From contig CM059435.1 of NCBI GenBank assembly GCA_030390025.1, positions 84,382,001 through 84,446,000 of the forward strand: a stretch of 64,000 nt of DNA, written 5' to 3'. The notes beneath the pieces are model-generated. The model was not told the origin of the DNA, did not search any database, and saw nothing but the letters and a program-made list of their open reading frames with translations. Below are positions 61,469-64,000 of the stretch, one piece after another. The DNA is from Squalus acanthias. Its lineage: Eukaryota. How positions within the stretch are numbered: position 1 is the first letter of the stretch; every line of letters begins with the position of its first letter. The position numbers and the translations under genes are program-made.

Positions 61469-62164
61469 CTGAAATGAAAAAATGCAATTGACTCTGTACC
61501 ACGAAGTGCTAAGAACTTAGATCCCAGAACTCAGTGCAGTACAGCCCCTGTCATGATGTCTAAAGGAAAATCCTATCTCCAAAGTATTGCACCCAATGGC
61601 ATTGTTGTACTTCCAAAGAATCACATTTAACACCAATATACATCCTCCAAAACATTACACCCAACAGCATTATACTGTATCCAAAGTATCACAATCAGCA
61701 CCAATCTGCTATCTCCAAACTATCTCATCAATCAGCATTCCACTGTATCACATCCTACAGTATCCAAACATCAGACCCAACAACAATCTAAGGTCGCCAA
61801 AGCAATGAATTTCTATAGCCCACTTCATGTGCAGGAAGATGTCATATAGTGCTTAACATTAGGAAGACAAAACAATGGATGCTGACTGCTGAGCAAGAGG
61901 GGGAAAAGGAACAATGAAGAAGGTTGGGGGGGGGGGGGGGAAATGATGGCCAAAGAGATAGATTTCAAGGAGTTTTTAAAGCCGGGGGGCGGGGGAGGTA
62001 GCAAGTTGGAGGGAACTCCAGAGAGTTACAGAGTGCAGGTGAGGATGCCGGCAGCAGCATTTTGAAAGAATTGTAGCTTGTAGAGTGTTGGGGCAGAGAG
62101 GCTCGTAGGAAGAACATTAGAGATGCAACAACTGCTCTTTTACCTCCTCCCTCCCCACCATCTA

Positions 62165-62880
62165 GGGCCCCAAACACTCCTTCCAGGTGAAACAGTGATT
62201 TACTTGTACTTCTTTCAATTTAGTATACTGTATTCACTGCTCATGATGTGGTCTCCTCTACACTGGGGAGACCAAACGCAGATTGGGTAATCACTTTGCA
62301 GAACACCTCCGTTCAGTCCGCAAGCTTGACCCTGAGCTTCCGGTCGCTTGTCATTTTAATTCTCCACCCCACTCCCACTCTGACCTCTGACTCCTACACT
62401 CTACTAATGAAGCTCAACTGAAGCTCGAGAAACAGCACCTCATCTTTCGATTAGGCACTTTACAGCCTTCTGGACTCAACATCGAGTTTAATAATTTCAG
62501 ATCATAACCACTGCTCCCATTTTTTCAGACAGCAGTTGCTGGTAATGATTCTGCTTTTGTCATTTTCAGCTCCTCTGGACCCATCTTTTGTTTCTTAACT
62601 TGTCCCATTACCATCCCCTTTTGTCATTTAATCACTCCTGCCTTCCACCCCATCACAGACCTTCCCTTTTGTTCTTTCCTCCCCTTCCCCTTTCCCTGCT
62701 TCTGTGCTTGCATAAAACCTGTTACATCTCTAACTTTTTCCAGTTCAGATGAAAGGTCAGCAACCTGAAACGTTAACTCTGTTTCTCTCTCCACAGATGA
62801 TGCCTGACCTGCTGAGTATTTCCAGCATTTTCTGTTTTTATTTCAGATTTCCAGCATCTGTAGTATTTTGCTTTTGTATT
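62165..62880 (+). mobile_element. Penelope-like element 3' portion (GIY-YIG endonuclease remnant + terminal repeat)
   Basis: Translates as FTCTSFNLVYCIHCS*CGLLYTGETKRRLGNHFAEHL; followed by a mutated hammerhead (CaGATGA...GAAACGTT) and tail. Confidence 0.85.
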
Positions 62881-62994
62881 GGAGAAGTTGAGCCTTGATG
62901 TAATTAAGGAAGTTATTAGGGTTTCAGTAGTGGGGGTGGGGAGTGAGTTGGGAGGGTAGGAATGGAGACAGGCAATGTTGTGGAGGTGGAAGAA

Positions 62995-63230
62995 AAAGAA
63001 AGACTTGCATTTATATGGCGCCTTTCATGACCACCGGATGTCCCAAAGCGCTTTACAACCAATGAAGTACTTTAGAAGTGTAGTCACTGTTGCAATGTAG
63101 GAATTGCGGCAGCCAGTTTTGCACACAGCAAGCTCCCACAAACAGCAATGTGATAATGACTAGATAATTTGTTTTTGTTATGTTGATTGAGGGATAAATA
63201 TTGGCCAGGACACCGGGGATAGCTCCCCTG
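62995..63230 (-). mobile_element. Deu-type SINE 3' half
   Basis: Reverse complement matches the body and tail of 54060-54275. Confidence 0.75.
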
Positions 63231-63319
63231 GAAGAAAATGGAGCAGATGTTGGGGAGGAAGCTATGCTTGGAGAAGAGCATGCACCAAATTGCACACTTC
63301 CTGACTCAGCCTAGGATGG

Positions 63320-63620
63320 CATCTAGGAGGTTAGTAGAGTCAAAACCAAAGGCACATAGGAACTGGGAGGAACCAAAACATTGAACTGGAGGAGATTTTG
63401 GCTCATCCAGGTCTTGATGTTGGGCAGGCAATTGGAGAGCATAATAGCAGCCTTTGGATCAAAGAAGAAAGCAGAAAGGCAGAGCTGGATGTCATCAGCA
63501 TACACATGGAAGCTGACCCCATGCTTCTATATAATGTTGCCATGGAGCAGCATGTTGATGGCAAAGAGGAATGGACCAAAAATGGACCCATGGGCTACAC
63601 CAGAGGTGACCGTGCAGGCA
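63320..63620 (-). mobile_element. L2 LINE RT fragment
   Basis: MYADDIQL...LSNCLPNIKTWMSQNLLQFN. Confidence 0.8.
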
Positions 63621-64000
63621 GAAAAGATGAAGCTAATTGAGGCTGTGTAGTGCTTGCATTGCAACAATTATGAATGGAACCAGTAAGGAGCACTGAACTG
63701 CAGAGGGCAGATGTTGGCAGGGAATGGTCTAGACAACATATTAAACCCAATCTATGGCCTCCACAGTTCACACCCAACAGCAATCTATAGTCTGCAAAGA
63801 AAAAAAACCCATTTGCAATCTACAGTCTCTGAAATATAACACCCAAATGCAATCTACGGTCTCCAAAGTACAACTCGACTGAAATCTGTGGTCCTCAAAG
63901 TTGACATCCAACAACAATCTTCAATCTCCAAAGTATTACTTTTATTAATAACATTTACAGCATATACTTTCTGAATAATGGAAAGTAGAATTAATATCCT

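Overview
Eukaryotic genomic DNA, most likely from a cartilaginous fish (inferred from shark-type CR1/L2 LINEs, Deu-type SINEs and Penelope-like repeats). There are two convergent multi-exon genes. (1) ADCK2 on + has 8 coding exons (10690-21327, 627 aa, all introns phase 0) and lies behind a CpG-rich promoter built from a 39-bp CCAAT/GC-box tandem repeat. (2) An uncharacterised gene on - (at least 7 exons, 61468 to ~42244, possible last exon at 31808) encodes a VWA domain plus two C11orf16/DUF4537-like domains and may be a C11orf16 ohnologue absent from the mammalian locus. The rest is mostly transposable elements: CR1 and L2 LINE fragments, Harbinger MITEs with 3-bp TSDs, a probable solo LTR and minisatellites. 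A 7.1-kb two-gene Harbinger element is interrupted by an ORF1-less LINE that has a tRNA/SINE-like head and is flanked by a ~249-bp duplication. Several Penelope-like pieces carry hammerhead-ribozyme motifs in inverted-repeat-plus-tail structures. All family assignments come from manual motif recognition; no database searches were run.
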